From assembly GCA_029260905.1 (NCBI GenBank), contig JAJDCH010000009.1, positions 26,498 to 90,497 of the forward strand: a DNA stretch of 64,000 nucleotides, written 5' to 3'. This DNA is from Candidatus Levyibacteriota bacterium (lineage in GTDB: Bacteria; Patescibacteriota; Microgenomatia; Levybacterales; UBA12049). The notes under the pieces were generated by a model that saw only the letters and a list, made by a program, of their open reading frames with translations, was not told where the DNA came from and did not search any database. The position numbers were made by a program, and so were the translations under genes. This document shows positions 26,345 through 35,035 of this stretch, in pieces (within the stretch, counting starts at the first letter, position 1; each line of letters begins with the position of its first letter).

Positions 26345-28345
26345 ATGCGCCCTGTCCTGAAACGTTTTTTTGCTTTTTGCTTTTTGCTTTTTGCTTTTTG
26401 CTTTTTGCCAAATACTGCTTTTGCCCAAACCACATCTACGTTAAATCAGACCACAAAATCAACTAATTCTTTTACTGAGCCAGATCTTGACCCCAGCGTA
26501 CCACGAAATCAGCATATTTATACTCAATCTGTGATGATTGAGGTCTTATCAGCAGTTGTTTGTCAGATAACAGGGCTTGATCCTGTTAACCCTTATCAGG
26601 GGTGTCTTGGCGTCAATCCCCAGACTCGAAAACTTAGCCTCATCCCACCCAGTCTTGATGAAAAAGGCAGTCCACAAGTGGGGGGGTTACTTGGCGCCAG
26701 CGCCAACATGATTGCAGTGCTTTATGTTCCAACAACTAGCTCTACAGATTATTTTAAGCACGTCGCCGGTAATTTTGGCCTAGTCAAGTCCGCACAAGCA
26801 CAAGAGGATAATAGCTATGGTTTGATTGCTCTTCAGCCTGTCTTTGGTCTTTGGGAAACAGTTCGTAATGTCTCATATACACTTCTTGTTCTGGCATTTG
26901 TGTTCATCGGTGTTGGAATCATGGTTAGATTTAAAATAGATCCAAGAACTGTTATGAATCTCCAAAACCAAATCCCAAGAGTAATCATCACAATTATTCT
27001 TATCACTTTTTCTTATGCAATATCAGCTGTTCTTATTGACATGATGTGGGTTAGTACTTATGCAGGAGTAAGGGTGCTTGGAGATAGTAGCGATACGAAA
27101 ATAAATGACTGTAAAAGCGATAAACCTGAAAGTCTTTCTGAAAACGCAACCAAAAACCTGCTTCAAACACCGCTTACTTATTTCCACAATGTCTTTGGAG
27201 AATGTGATGAGAGTGATGTAAACAAGTACGATGGTGGTTTTCATCGTGTTACATTTGGAGTTGCTGGCAATCTAGGACAAGTCCTCAATGACACAGCCAA
27301 AAGTCTTTTTCAAACAGATGAAAACCGTGAAGAGGGCTGCTTCAGTTTTTCAGGAATCAAACCAAACATCAACCCAGGCGCTTGTCTGATCTCAGGCATC
27401 ACTGGAGTGATGAGCTTCATGCTTATAATTGTTATCTTTGTAATTCTTTTAATTACACTTTTTAGGATCTGGTTTGCGCTTTTGAAGGCATACATCTATA
27501 CACTTGTTTTTGTTATTACTGCGCCTGTTTATTATGTGCTTGGTCTTTTACCCTCCCGTCCTCTTGGATTTCAAAAATGGCTGAGGTCTTTTTTCGCAAA
27601 TATCGCTGTTTTCCCGATAACTGCATTTGTCTTGGTGGGCGCGCGCCTCATGATAGATCTTTACAAAAACGATCTAGCAGATAAATTTGTGCCTCCATTG
27701 GTGGGAACGCCGGTTGGTGCCAATTTCGGAGTCTTAATGGCATTTGGTGCTCTTCTCATCACTCCCTCTCTACAACAGATTCTCAAAGACAAACTAGGTG
27801 TCAAGGGTATTGCGTCACCTGGTCTTATCGCAGCAGGTCTTGCAGTTGGAGCATCCCCTGTCAGCTATCTTGCAGGACGCATGAAGGGCAATCTAACAAG
27901 ACGAGATTCCCATGGTAATCCAATCGGCTCTGTGTCAAGAGGCGTTGAACAAATAGGAAAAAGCGCATATGCGGGGACTATTGGCAAGCTCCCAGGAGGA
28001 GTAGGTAAATGGGCAACACAAAGACAAAAAGAAAATTATGAAATGCGCGCAATGGGAATGGGTGGGAAAACAACCTACAAAGAATTCTTAAAAACAACAG
28101 GCATGAGCGGGAAAGAGATTGATGAAGGCGTTGGTAATATAATACGAGATAAAAAATATAAAGACGACGATTCTGGTAAAGCAAGAGATAAAGCACTAAG
28201 AGACATGACGCATGAAAAGGCTAGAAACCGTCATGTTGACTTTGGTTCCCATGTCCAACACGGAGAATCTGGAACTGGCAGGACTGCTCCAAGAAGACAA
28301 ACACCACCAGACAACAATAACGGTGAAGATAGCAACACTGGTTAA
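26345..28345 (+). CDS. polytopic membrane protein, candidate VirB6/TrbL-like type IV secretion channel component
   Basis: Signal peptide, about 150-aa extracytoplasmic region, at least six TM helices, hydrophilic Gly/Lys-rich C-terminal tail. Start placed at ATG 26345 because the track ORF start (26246) runs into a tRNA. Confidence 0.4.
   Translation: MRPVLKRFFAFCFLLFAFCFLPNTAFAQTTSTLNQTTKSTNSFTEPDLDPSVPRNQHIYTQSVMIEVLSAVVCQITGLDPVNPYQGCLGVNPQTRKLSLIPPSLDEKGSPQVGGLLGASANMIAVLYVPTTSSTDYFKHVAGNFGLVKSAQAQEDNSYGLIALQPVFGLWETVRNVSYTLLVLAFVFIGVGIMVRFKIDPRTVMNLQNQIPRVIITIILITFSYAISAVLIDMMWVSTYAGVRVLGDSSDTKINDCKSDKPESLSENATKNLLQTPLTYFHNVFGECDESDVNKYDGGFHRVTFGVAGNLGQVLNDTAKSLFQTDENREEGCFSFSGIKPNINPGACLISGITGVMSFMLIIVIFVILLITLFRIWFALLKAYIYTLVFVITAPVYYVLGLLPSRPLGFQKWLRSFFANIAVFPITAFVLVGARLMIDLYKNDLADKFVPPLVGTPVGANFGVLMAFGALLITPSLQQILKDKLGVKGIASPGLIAAGLAVGASPVSYLAGRMKGNLTRRDSHGNPIGSVSRGVEQIGKSAYAGTIGKLPGGVGKWATQRQKENYEMRAMGMGGKTTYKEFLKTTGMSGKEIDEGVGNIIRDKKYKDDDSGKARDKALRDMTHEKARNRHVDFGSHVQHGESGTGRTAPRRQTPPDNNNGEDSNTG
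26365..26408 (+). repeat. heptanucleotide tandem repeat (TTTTTGC) x6 inside the signal-peptide codons of the VirB6-like gene
   Basis: Read directly: tttttttgc tttttgc tttttgc tttttgc tttttgc tttttgc, encoding FAFCFLLFAFCFL. Confidence 0.8.
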
Positions 28346-31300
28346 TTAGATTTCGTCTGTTGGGCAATTGCTCTGATGAAAAATCCAAGCGCTGCCAAAA
28401 ACGCAACAAAACCTATCTTGCCATCAGGATGCCCTCTTTGACCAACAGTCAGATCTTTCAACATCTGGACACCAAACATCCTTTCTGTTGCAGTTTTTGC
28501 CCTCTTATGAAACCACTCCATATCAGCCTTGTTGAAATATCCTTCTTCAGCCTTAATCTTACCCAATTTTGTAAATTCATCACCCTCAATATCAACCGGC
28601 AGACTTTTTAATGCATCAATAACATTGAGATAATAGGTAAAATCATACCTTGGGTCTTTTGCATGATAAGCTTTATGGGCTAGGAAATCTGCTGCGAATT
28701 TCGACATAATAAACTGCTTAACAAGAAGCCTCTGGTTTTTGCTATCCTGCACTTTATGATAATCAATCCTGATCCTTCCATCTTCATCTCTTTCATAACC
28801 ACCATCTTTACTATCTTTCCAAAATTCTTTTCTGTTTAGCATGTCATAACCAAACATTGCCTCACCAAGTGGCATATCCCGCCAGACAGGCTTGCCAAGC
28901 ACAATTGTGGCCTGCTGATCAAGCGATCTGACCTTTCTTGAAAAATCAAGTTTTCCATAATCTCTAAATAAATATCTAAGAGGTTTAACAAAGTTTTTCT
29001 GGTAAGCATTGGTAAATTTCTCAGCATCAAATGTCACACCTTTTAATGGATGGTGAGTTGTAAAATCCTCAAACTTAAACTGCTCCTTCTGCTCCATAAT
29101 GGTGTCATACATATGAAGCGCCTTCTGGAAATGATCACGAACATAATATTCCTGAGCACCCTGCTCAAATTGCAATTTACCAGCCCTATCAAGATAAGCT
29201 TGATCCATCTGAGATTTTGCCTCAGCCATTCTCTTTTCTTTTTCTTCTTTTGAGAGACCTGCGCCATTCAGATCTGCGTTAAGCTTTTCAAGTAGTTTTT
29301 TTTGTGTTGTCTTCAGCTTTATCAGCTCATCAAATATCTCAAGAGGTGTGCGATAACGCTTAACTGAATCCTTTACCCACTCGCCTTTTTCATTTCTATA
29401 CTCACGGTCAACTTCTTCAAAATCGGTTGTCCTTATACCGCTCCACATATCAACCAGCAGCGACTTCATCTGAAACATAGAGAAAAAATTACCAAAAAAA
29501 TCTCCCCTTGGAAGCATTTTGTTTCGATATTGCTGAAAATGCATAAGCCTGTTATAGCGGTTAAAACCTCCTGCTTCTACATCATTTCTACCTGCTCCTC
29601 CTGAAAAACCAGGAATGGAGTTTGCAAGCATATATGCATACCATCTGGCATGCTCGTCCCTTTTACCATCATCATCATTTAGTTCATACTTGTCTCCCAC
29701 CACCTCCATGAGGGCATATTTAAGAAAAGTTTCTACATTTGGATCAGGACCCTTATCACCATAAATATTTATAAACTTGATAAAATTCTCTGCCTGCTCT
29801 CTTGTCTCCACTCTACCTGTTTTTGCATCAAATGCTTTTTCAAAATACTTAAGCTTTTCAGCTGTAAATGGTGCGGACTGTCTTTTCTCGCCAGACACAC
29901 CAGTCTGCATGCTTTGAACATTCTTGAAAATCTCAAGCATTTTTTTCTTATCAAAGAAATCAGACTTTGACCCCAGCATTTCCCGCAGTTTGTCAAAATC
30001 AGACAAATGATGAAGTATGTGATGCATCTCAAGCCAAGCAGCACCAAGATTGTTATCTGACTGAAACTCTTCTCCTTTTTTATATCCTTTGAATTTATGA
30101 GAAAAAGTAGTCATCAGATTCAAAAGATTTTTTTCAAAAGTTTGTTTGGTAAGCTTACTGTCTAAAAACGCTTCGAGCATTCCTTGCTTGAGCTTGTCTG
30201 GCTCATCCCTTATTTTATGAAGCTGAGTACTCCAACTATGAGTAAGCGTAAGCGCCATTGACTGCTTAACCAGCTGACGATAAAGCTCATAGTATTCAGT
30301 TTTACCATCTTCGCTATTAAAAAATTTCTTTGGGTTAAGAAAAACATCTTGCAGTGAAACAGTACCAAAACCAGAAGGTCTATCGATCTTAACAGCGCTA
30401 AAAAAATCAACAGGGCTTTCCTGATTAAAGTCCCAAGCAAACCACATCCTGTTTTGCGCCCAGGTCACAAAATTGGATTCATTTACATAGTATTTACTTT
30501 TTTCTGTATCTATTACTTTTTTCCCATTCTCTAGCACATAACCCTTCCTTGGATCATCATCTATATGTTTGTAAATAATCCGCATTTCAAGCAGAGGAAA
30601 ACGTCCGCTTAGTCCCCATTCGCCATGACCATAACCATTCATAGCTCTCCAGGCAAGTCCCTCAATTGAATCAGGATTTCTATCTGCCTCATGATCATTT
30701 TCAGCTGTAAAATCTTTATAAAAAACAAACTTTCTGATCCAATCAAATGGAAGGTTTAATTTTTGCAAAAGACAGAAAGCTGCAGGGTTGTTTTTATAAT
30801 TCTCTGCTTGCCCTCTCTTCTCAGGATCATTAAGCCATTGATCAATTTGTGTTTTCGACTCCTGCGCCAATGTTTCAAGATTGGAAAAATCCTCAGGCTT
30901 TTTACCTTTAGCAAGCATTATTTCAAGTACTGATTTTGCCTGTCCAAAATCAAGATTAAGGTGAGTTACAAGATTTTTACCTACTTGTTTTATTTTTTCA
31001 TTGGTCCAACCCGTACCATACTCACTCCAATCAACCTTAATCTTTGACATCTTAACTACATCTGTCTCTTGTTTTATAAGTCCTCCATTCTCATTTTTCT
31101 CCACCCTCTCTCCGTTCTTGTCCTCTGCCACAAACCTCCACTCATCTCTTTTCCCTTTTATTGCCTCTCCTGGTGGTGGTTCGTTCTGTCTCTCATTCCA
31201 CTGATGTCCCTCCCTGCCCCCATTTATGCCACCGATTGTTGAAAGACCTTGTTGGATATCCTCTTCAATTTTTTGCATCTTGCGTCGCCACTGCCCAATT

Positions 31301-31518
31301 TCCATTTCAGCTCTTATCTGCCTATCCAACTCGTCCTTATCCGCAAGACTTCCACCCCTGGGTGGACCCATTCCGCGTTTTATAAACTCCATTACCGAGA
31401 ATCGCTTCTCATGTGGCAAATCCTCTATTCGCTTGCCTTCATGGGCTTCCCATTCTTTTTCCGCCCTTAACTGTTCTGGTGTTTTTTCGCTTGTCTGGTC
31501 AAGTACTGCTGCTTCCAT
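28342..31518 (-). CDS. giant hypothetical protein (1058 aa), K/E-rich, cytoplasmic, with a single C-terminal TM tail anchor
   Basis: Long uninterrupted frame; no signal peptide; C-terminal GKIGFVAFLAALGFFIRAIAQ; convergent 4-nt overlap with the VirB6-like gene. Confidence 0.45.
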   Translation of the reverse strand: MEAAVLDQTSEKTPEQLRAEKEWEAHEGKRIEDLPHEKRFSVMEFIKRGMGPPRGGSLADKDELDRQIRAEMEIGQWRRKMQKIEEDIQQGLSTIGGINGGREGHQWNERQNEPPPGEAIKGKRDEWRFVAEDKNGERVEKNENGGLIKQETDVVKMSKIKVDWSEYGTGWTNEKIKQVGKNLVTHLNLDFGQAKSVLEIMLAKGKKPEDFSNLETLAQESKTQIDQWLNDPEKRGQAENYKNNPAAFCLLQKLNLPFDWIRKFVFYKDFTAENDHEADRNPDSIEGLAWRAMNGYGHGEWGLSGRFPLLEMRIIYKHIDDDPRKGYVLENGKKVIDTEKSKYYVNESNFVTWAQNRMWFAWDFNQESPVDFFSAVKIDRPSGFGTVSLQDVFLNPKKFFNSEDGKTEYYELYRQLVKQSMALTLTHSWSTQLHKIRDEPDKLKQGMLEAFLDSKLTKQTFEKNLLNLMTTFSHKFKGYKKGEEFQSDNNLGAAWLEMHHILHHLSDFDKLREMLGSKSDFFDKKKMLEIFKNVQSMQTGVSGEKRQSAPFTAEKLKYFEKAFDAKTGRVETREQAENFIKFINIYGDKGPDPNVETFLKYALMEVVGDKYELNDDDGKRDEHARWYAYMLANSIPGFSGGAGRNDVEAGGFNRYNRLMHFQQYRNKMLPRGDFFGNFFSMFQMKSLLVDMWSGIRTTDFEEVDREYRNEKGEWVKDSVKRYRTPLEIFDELIKLKTTQKKLLEKLNADLNGAGLSKEEKEKRMAEAKSQMDQAYLDRAGKLQFEQGAQEYYVRDHFQKALHMYDTIMEQKEQFKFEDFTTHHPLKGVTFDAEKFTNAYQKNFVKPLRYLFRDYGKLDFSRKVRSLDQQATIVLGKPVWRDMPLGEAMFGYDMLNRKEFWKDSKDGGYERDEDGRIRIDYHKVQDSKNQRLLVKQFIMSKFAADFLAHKAYHAKDPRYDFTYYLNVIDALKSLPVDIEGDEFTKLGKIKAEEGYFNKADMEWFHKRAKTATERMFGVQMLKDLTVGQRGHPDGKIGFVAFLAALGFFIRAIAQQTKSN

Positions 31519-31650
31519 AAAATCTCCTTTCTTTAAGATACTACTACCATCATATCTAGTAGCAGATCACAGTGTCAATTGAGGCAATTGTAGCCCTATA
31601 AAGCAGAACAAGCTTTATATATAAATTACAAGAAGTTAACAAAACAGTTT

Positions 31651-31678
31651 TTGCGCTTTGAGTTTTGCGCTTTGAGTT
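31651..31678 (+). repeat. 14-bp direct repeat x2 (TTGCGCTTTGAGTT) overlapping the promoter of the regulator gene
   Basis: ttgcgctttgagtt ttgcgctttgagtt is followed at once by TATAAT (31680-31685) and ATG 31692. Confidence 0.75.
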
Positions 31679-31685
31679 TTATAAT
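31658..31685 (+). promoter_or_regulatory. putative promoter TTGAGT-16nt-TATAAT embedded in the direct repeats, leaderless-type
   Basis: The -35-like TTGAGT lies inside the first repeat copy; TATAAT sits 6 nt before the ATG. Confidence 0.35.
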
Positions 31686-31691
31686 CTATTT

Positions 31692-33026
31692 ATGGACGAA
31701 TATTTTGAAGCAACATATCCTGATACCGCACGAATTGCGACACTGAGTCAAATTGCCGATTTTGTCAAAAAAGGCGAATCCGCACAGCTGATTGGATTGC
31801 CCACATCTGGAAGATCTATAATTCTCAGACTCCTTGCACACAACAGCAAAGTGCGGTCAAAACACTTTGGCAAAAATTCCAAATTCCATTTTGTATTAAT
31901 TGACTTTTCAGAAATAAAAAACAGATCACTTTTTGACTGCATGAAGTTTTTCTTTTTGTCCCTGTCTGATTCTCTAAGAGCACGAGGAATGGATGAAGAA
32001 TATAAAAAAGTAAATCAATTATTTAAAGAGTCACTCAGCTTTAATGACGAGCTGGTTTTGTTTCAGGCCTTAAAAGACGCATTTGACTATCTTATCCTTG
32101 AAAGAAACCTAAACATTACATTACTCTTTGACAGATTTGAAGAATATATTCCAAGTATTACAGATCAGTTTTTTACCAACCTTCGCACTCTTCGCTCTCG
32201 CGCAATTTATAAGTTTTCAGTTATTTTTTCTCTTACCCGTCCGCTTGAGACCATGCTTGACCCATTACTTCTTGCCGATTTTTATGAACTAATTGCCGGC
32301 AATCTGATATTTCTATCCCTTGCAGATAGTGAAATAAACAAAACAAGAATAAAACATATTGAAAAAGTAACAGGCAAAAAACTCTCTTCAGTTCTTTTTG
32401 ATGAACTAACAAAACTGACAGGCGGAGCGGGCAAGCTTCTAAAAATTTCTACAGAAAGCATATTGGCCAATCAACAATTTAACAATTTAGCTATAGAGCA
32501 ATTGAGCAAAAATTTATTGCCCCAAAAACCAGTTCAAAAAACTCTGTCTGAAATCTTGCGTTCTCTGACACCTGAGGAACAGTCAGATCTCCTTACTCAA
32601 AAGTATGATAACTCTGATGTTGAGGAATATTTCGAAAAAATAGGTCTTGTTAAAAATAAAAGGATTCAAATTCCACTTTTTGAGGAATATCTGAAATCAG
32701 ATTTGATTAAAAATTCAATAAATGAAGAAAAAATTTTCTATGATAAAAATACCAATACAATCAAAAAGGGCGAGACAACTGTTTCTGACCAGCTTACTTC
32801 ATCTGAGTTCTTACTTCTCAGGCATCTTTTGCAAAATAAAGGTCAGGTTATAACTCGCGATGATATAATCAGCGCTGTCTGGCCGGATGTGAAATCAACT
32901 GCAGGAATAACTGATCAAGCAGTTGATCAGTTGATATTTAGATTAAGAAGAAAAATTGAAGAAAATCCCGCCAGTCCAGTCTATCTTTTTACTATTAAAG
33001 GACGCGGTTTCAAGTTTGAATCATAG
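31692..33026 (+). CDS. transcriptional regulator: N-terminal NTPase-like domain (degenerate P-loop) fused to a C-terminal OmpR/PhoB-type winged-helix DNA-binding domain, with no receiver domain
   Basis: C-terminus LTSSEFLLLRHLLQNKGQVITRDDIISAVWPDV...VDQLIFRLRRKIEEN...TIKGRGFKF is a Trans_reg_C signature; N-terminal LIGLPTSGRSIILRLL is P-loop-like. Start placed at ATG 31692; the track start is 31665. Confidence 0.55.
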   Translation: MDEYFEATYPDTARIATLSQIADFVKKGESAQLIGLPTSGRSIILRLLAHNSKVRSKHFGKNSKFHFVLIDFSEIKNRSLFDCMKFFFLSLSDSLRARGMDEEYKKVNQLFKESLSFNDELVLFQALKDAFDYLILERNLNITLLFDRFEEYIPSITDQFFTNLRTLRSRAIYKFSVIFSLTRPLETMLDPLLLADFYELIAGNLIFLSLADSEINKTRIKHIEKVTGKKLSSVLFDELTKLTGGAGKLLKISTESILANQQFNNLAIEQLSKNLLPQKPVQKTLSEILRSLTPEEQSDLLTQKYDNSDVEEYFEKIGLVKNKRIQIPLFEEYLKSDLIKNSINEEKIFYDKNTNTIKKGETTVSDQLTSSEFLLLRHLLQNKGQVITRDDIISAVWPDVKSTAGITDQAVDQLIFRLRRKIEENPASPVYLFTIKGRGFKFES

Positions 33027-33038
33027 CCTCAAAAAGCC

Positions 33039-33067
33039 TTGACAAAAACTCTAAATTTTTATATATT
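33039..33067 (+). promoter_or_regulatory. sigma70-like promoter TTGACA-17nt-TATATT upstream of the basic-protein gene
   Basis: TTGACA at 33039-33044 and TATATT at 33062-33067; ATG at 33076. Confidence 0.35.
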
Positions 33068-33075
33068 ATAATGCT

Positions 33076-33609
33076 ATGAAAGAGGGTAATCACATTGTTA
33101 TTCCATTCAGACCGAAAGTACGCGGTGGGGAAACAGTGCCTCAAGTAGAACAAAAAAAGAAAAAGCAATCAACTCTAAAAACAGCTATGGATTTGGTGCA
33201 GGAGCATGATCCCGCTATTCCTCAAACAACAAAAAGATTTTCAATGCGACAAAGATATCGAGGCAACTGGAGGATGCTTAGAACATCAGCTGGTAGAGAA
33301 ATGTACAACAAGGTTCTAGCGATAAAATATCTTCGCGCAGAAACAGCAAGCAAAAAAGAGCAATCCAAACCTAACAGGGAAAATGAAAAAGCACCAAGAA
33401 CGCGACAAAAAGAAACGCTGGTTGCGAGTTTCAAAAACAGAAAAAGGCTTAGAAAAGAAAGCGCTGCAACTGGAATAAATCTTGGTATGTTTGTGCCAGA
33501 GACTCCAAAACAAGAAATTGACTCCAAGCTAAAAAAAGAATTAAGAAACAGACCATTTACTGTTTTTGATGCAGGAAAAAATAAAACAAAGGAGAAACAA
33601 GCCGCTTAA
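33076..33609 (+). CDS. hypothetical highly basic (K/R-rich) protein
   Basis: No TM helix; about 30% K plus R; possibly nucleic-acid binding. Confidence 0.35.
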   Translation: MKEGNHIVIPFRPKVRGGETVPQVEQKKKKQSTLKTAMDLVQEHDPAIPQTTKRFSMRQRYRGNWRMLRTSAGREMYNKVLAIKYLRAETASKKEQSKPNRENEKAPRTRQKETLVASFKNRKRLRKESAATGINLGMFVPETPKQEIDSKLKKELRNRPFTVFDAGKNKTKEKQAA

Positions 33610-33652
33610 GACTCCCCTTGCAATTTCTCAAAACTCAAAGTAATCTATAGAC

Positions 33653-33976
33653 ATGGCTTATCTTGCTCAATTGCGACTTCCAGGCGGCAACAATATCGAT
33701 GCCCCAAAAGGCATTCCCCAGGGTGGAATAAATGAAGTTCAATCAATCTTCAGCAACAGCATTACTATCATGATTATACTGACAATCATTCTTGCTCTTT
33801 TCTTTCTTATCTGGGGAGGTATCCAATGGATCACATCAGGTGGGGATAAAAATAAGGTAGCACAAGCCCGAGCCAAACTAACCTGGGCAATAATTGGTGT
33901 TGTTGTTGCTTTTGTTTCGTTTTTAATCGTAAATCTTATTGGATACTTCTTTAATATCCCAATTTTCGGGTCTTAA
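33653..33976 (+). CDS. VirB2/TrbC-like small membrane protein (pilin candidate), paralogue 1
   Basis: Two TM helices flanking the invariant FFLIWGGIQWITSGGDKNKVAQARAK motif shared with the next two genes. The N-terminus lacks a clear signal peptide, so the start is uncertain. Confidence 0.4.
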   Translation: MAYLAQLRLPGGNNIDAPKGIPQGGINEVQSIFSNSITIMIILTIILALFFLIWGGIQWITSGGDKNKVAQARAKLTWAIIGVVVAFVSFLIVNLIGYFFNIPIFGS

Positions 33977-34043
33977 ACTTTATCAATTCTTCTTTTGGCT
34001 ATTGACAAGGAGAAAAAAAATATACTATCATTGAGTTAATCCT

Positions 34044-34469
34044 ATGAAAAAGGCACAAAACATAATCTTAGCTTTATTTGTCGCTCTATCTCTTTTTGTC
34101 TTTACACCAGCTGTTGTTTTTGCTGGTCCTACGATAAATCCATGTCCAGACGGAGCTGACGGAGGCGGAACTGACTTCGGCAACCTTTGCGACCTTGACG
34201 CTGACCAAGTCGGTCCATTGATTTCAAGAGTTGTACAGATTCTTCTTATCGCTGCTGCAATTATTGCTCTTTTCTTTCTCATCTGGGGAGGTATTCGCTG
34301 GGTAACATCAGGTGGAGACAAAGCCAAGGTAGATGAAGCCAGAAAACACATTGTTGCTGCAATAATTGGTCTGATTATTGCTTTCCTAGCATTCTTTATC
34401 TTAAGTTTTGTACTTAACCTCTTTGGAATAAGCCTTACTGAATTACAGCTTCCACAGCTTACTCCATAA
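34044..34469 (+). CDS. VirB2/TrbC-like small membrane protein (pilin candidate), paralogue 2
   Basis: Signal peptide, then TM-loop-TM with FFLIWGGIRWVTSGGDKAKVDEARKH. Confidence 0.45.
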   Translation: MKKAQNIILALFVALSLFVFTPAVVFAGPTINPCPDGADGGGTDFGNLCDLDADQVGPLISRVVQILLIAAAIIALFFLIWGGIRWVTSGGDKAKVDEARKHIVAAIIGLIIAFLAFFILSFVLNLFGISLTELQLPQLTP

Positions 34470-34514
34470 ACCTAAACTTGCTTTTCTACCCACGTCTTTG
34501 ATAGGCTAAATAAA

Positions 34515-34919
34515 ATGACACAAATTAAAAAATCCTTTGTTTTTTTCTTAATGCTTACAGGCTTATTTGCTATGCTCCCAAGTCCAGCTCTCGCAAACAG
34601 CTGGGACAGTTGTGTTAAAAAGCTTCCAGCCGGAGGCGAGGTCCCAACTCTTAGATGTTTTCCGGTTGTATTTAGCAATCTTACCAGCACAGCTCTTACA
34701 TTTGTGGGCGCAGTTGCTGTAATTCTTATTGTCTATTCGGGCATCAAATTTGTAACATCAGGTGGAGATCCCAAGAAAGTCGGTGAAGCTCGAGCAATTA
34801 TGACCTATGCGATAATTGGTGCAGTAATAGTTCTGCTATCTTTTACAATAATTTATCTGATTAGCTACTTTACAGGCGCGGATTGTGTAACTGATTTTTC
34901 TATTGGAAGCTGCAATTAA
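34515..34919 (+). CDS. VirB2/TrbC-like small membrane protein (pilin candidate), paralogue 3
   Basis: Signal peptide, then TM-loop-TM with ILIVYSGIKFVTSGGDPKKVGEARAI. Confidence 0.45.
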   Translation: MTQIKKSFVFFLMLTGLFAMLPSPALANSWDSCVKKLPAGGEVPTLRCFPVVFSNLTSTALTFVGAVAVILIVYSGIKFVTSGGDPKKVGEARAIMTYAIIGAVIVLLSFTIIYLISYFTGADCVTDFSIGSCN

Positions 34920-35035
34920 AACGGTGGTTTGGCCTCTTTTCATCAAAACTTTTCACAAAAACCCTGTCAATCTGGATCATTTGACACACTTTGTTCCGGT
35001 TGAAATGCTATTTTTCACATTATACACTGATTGAA

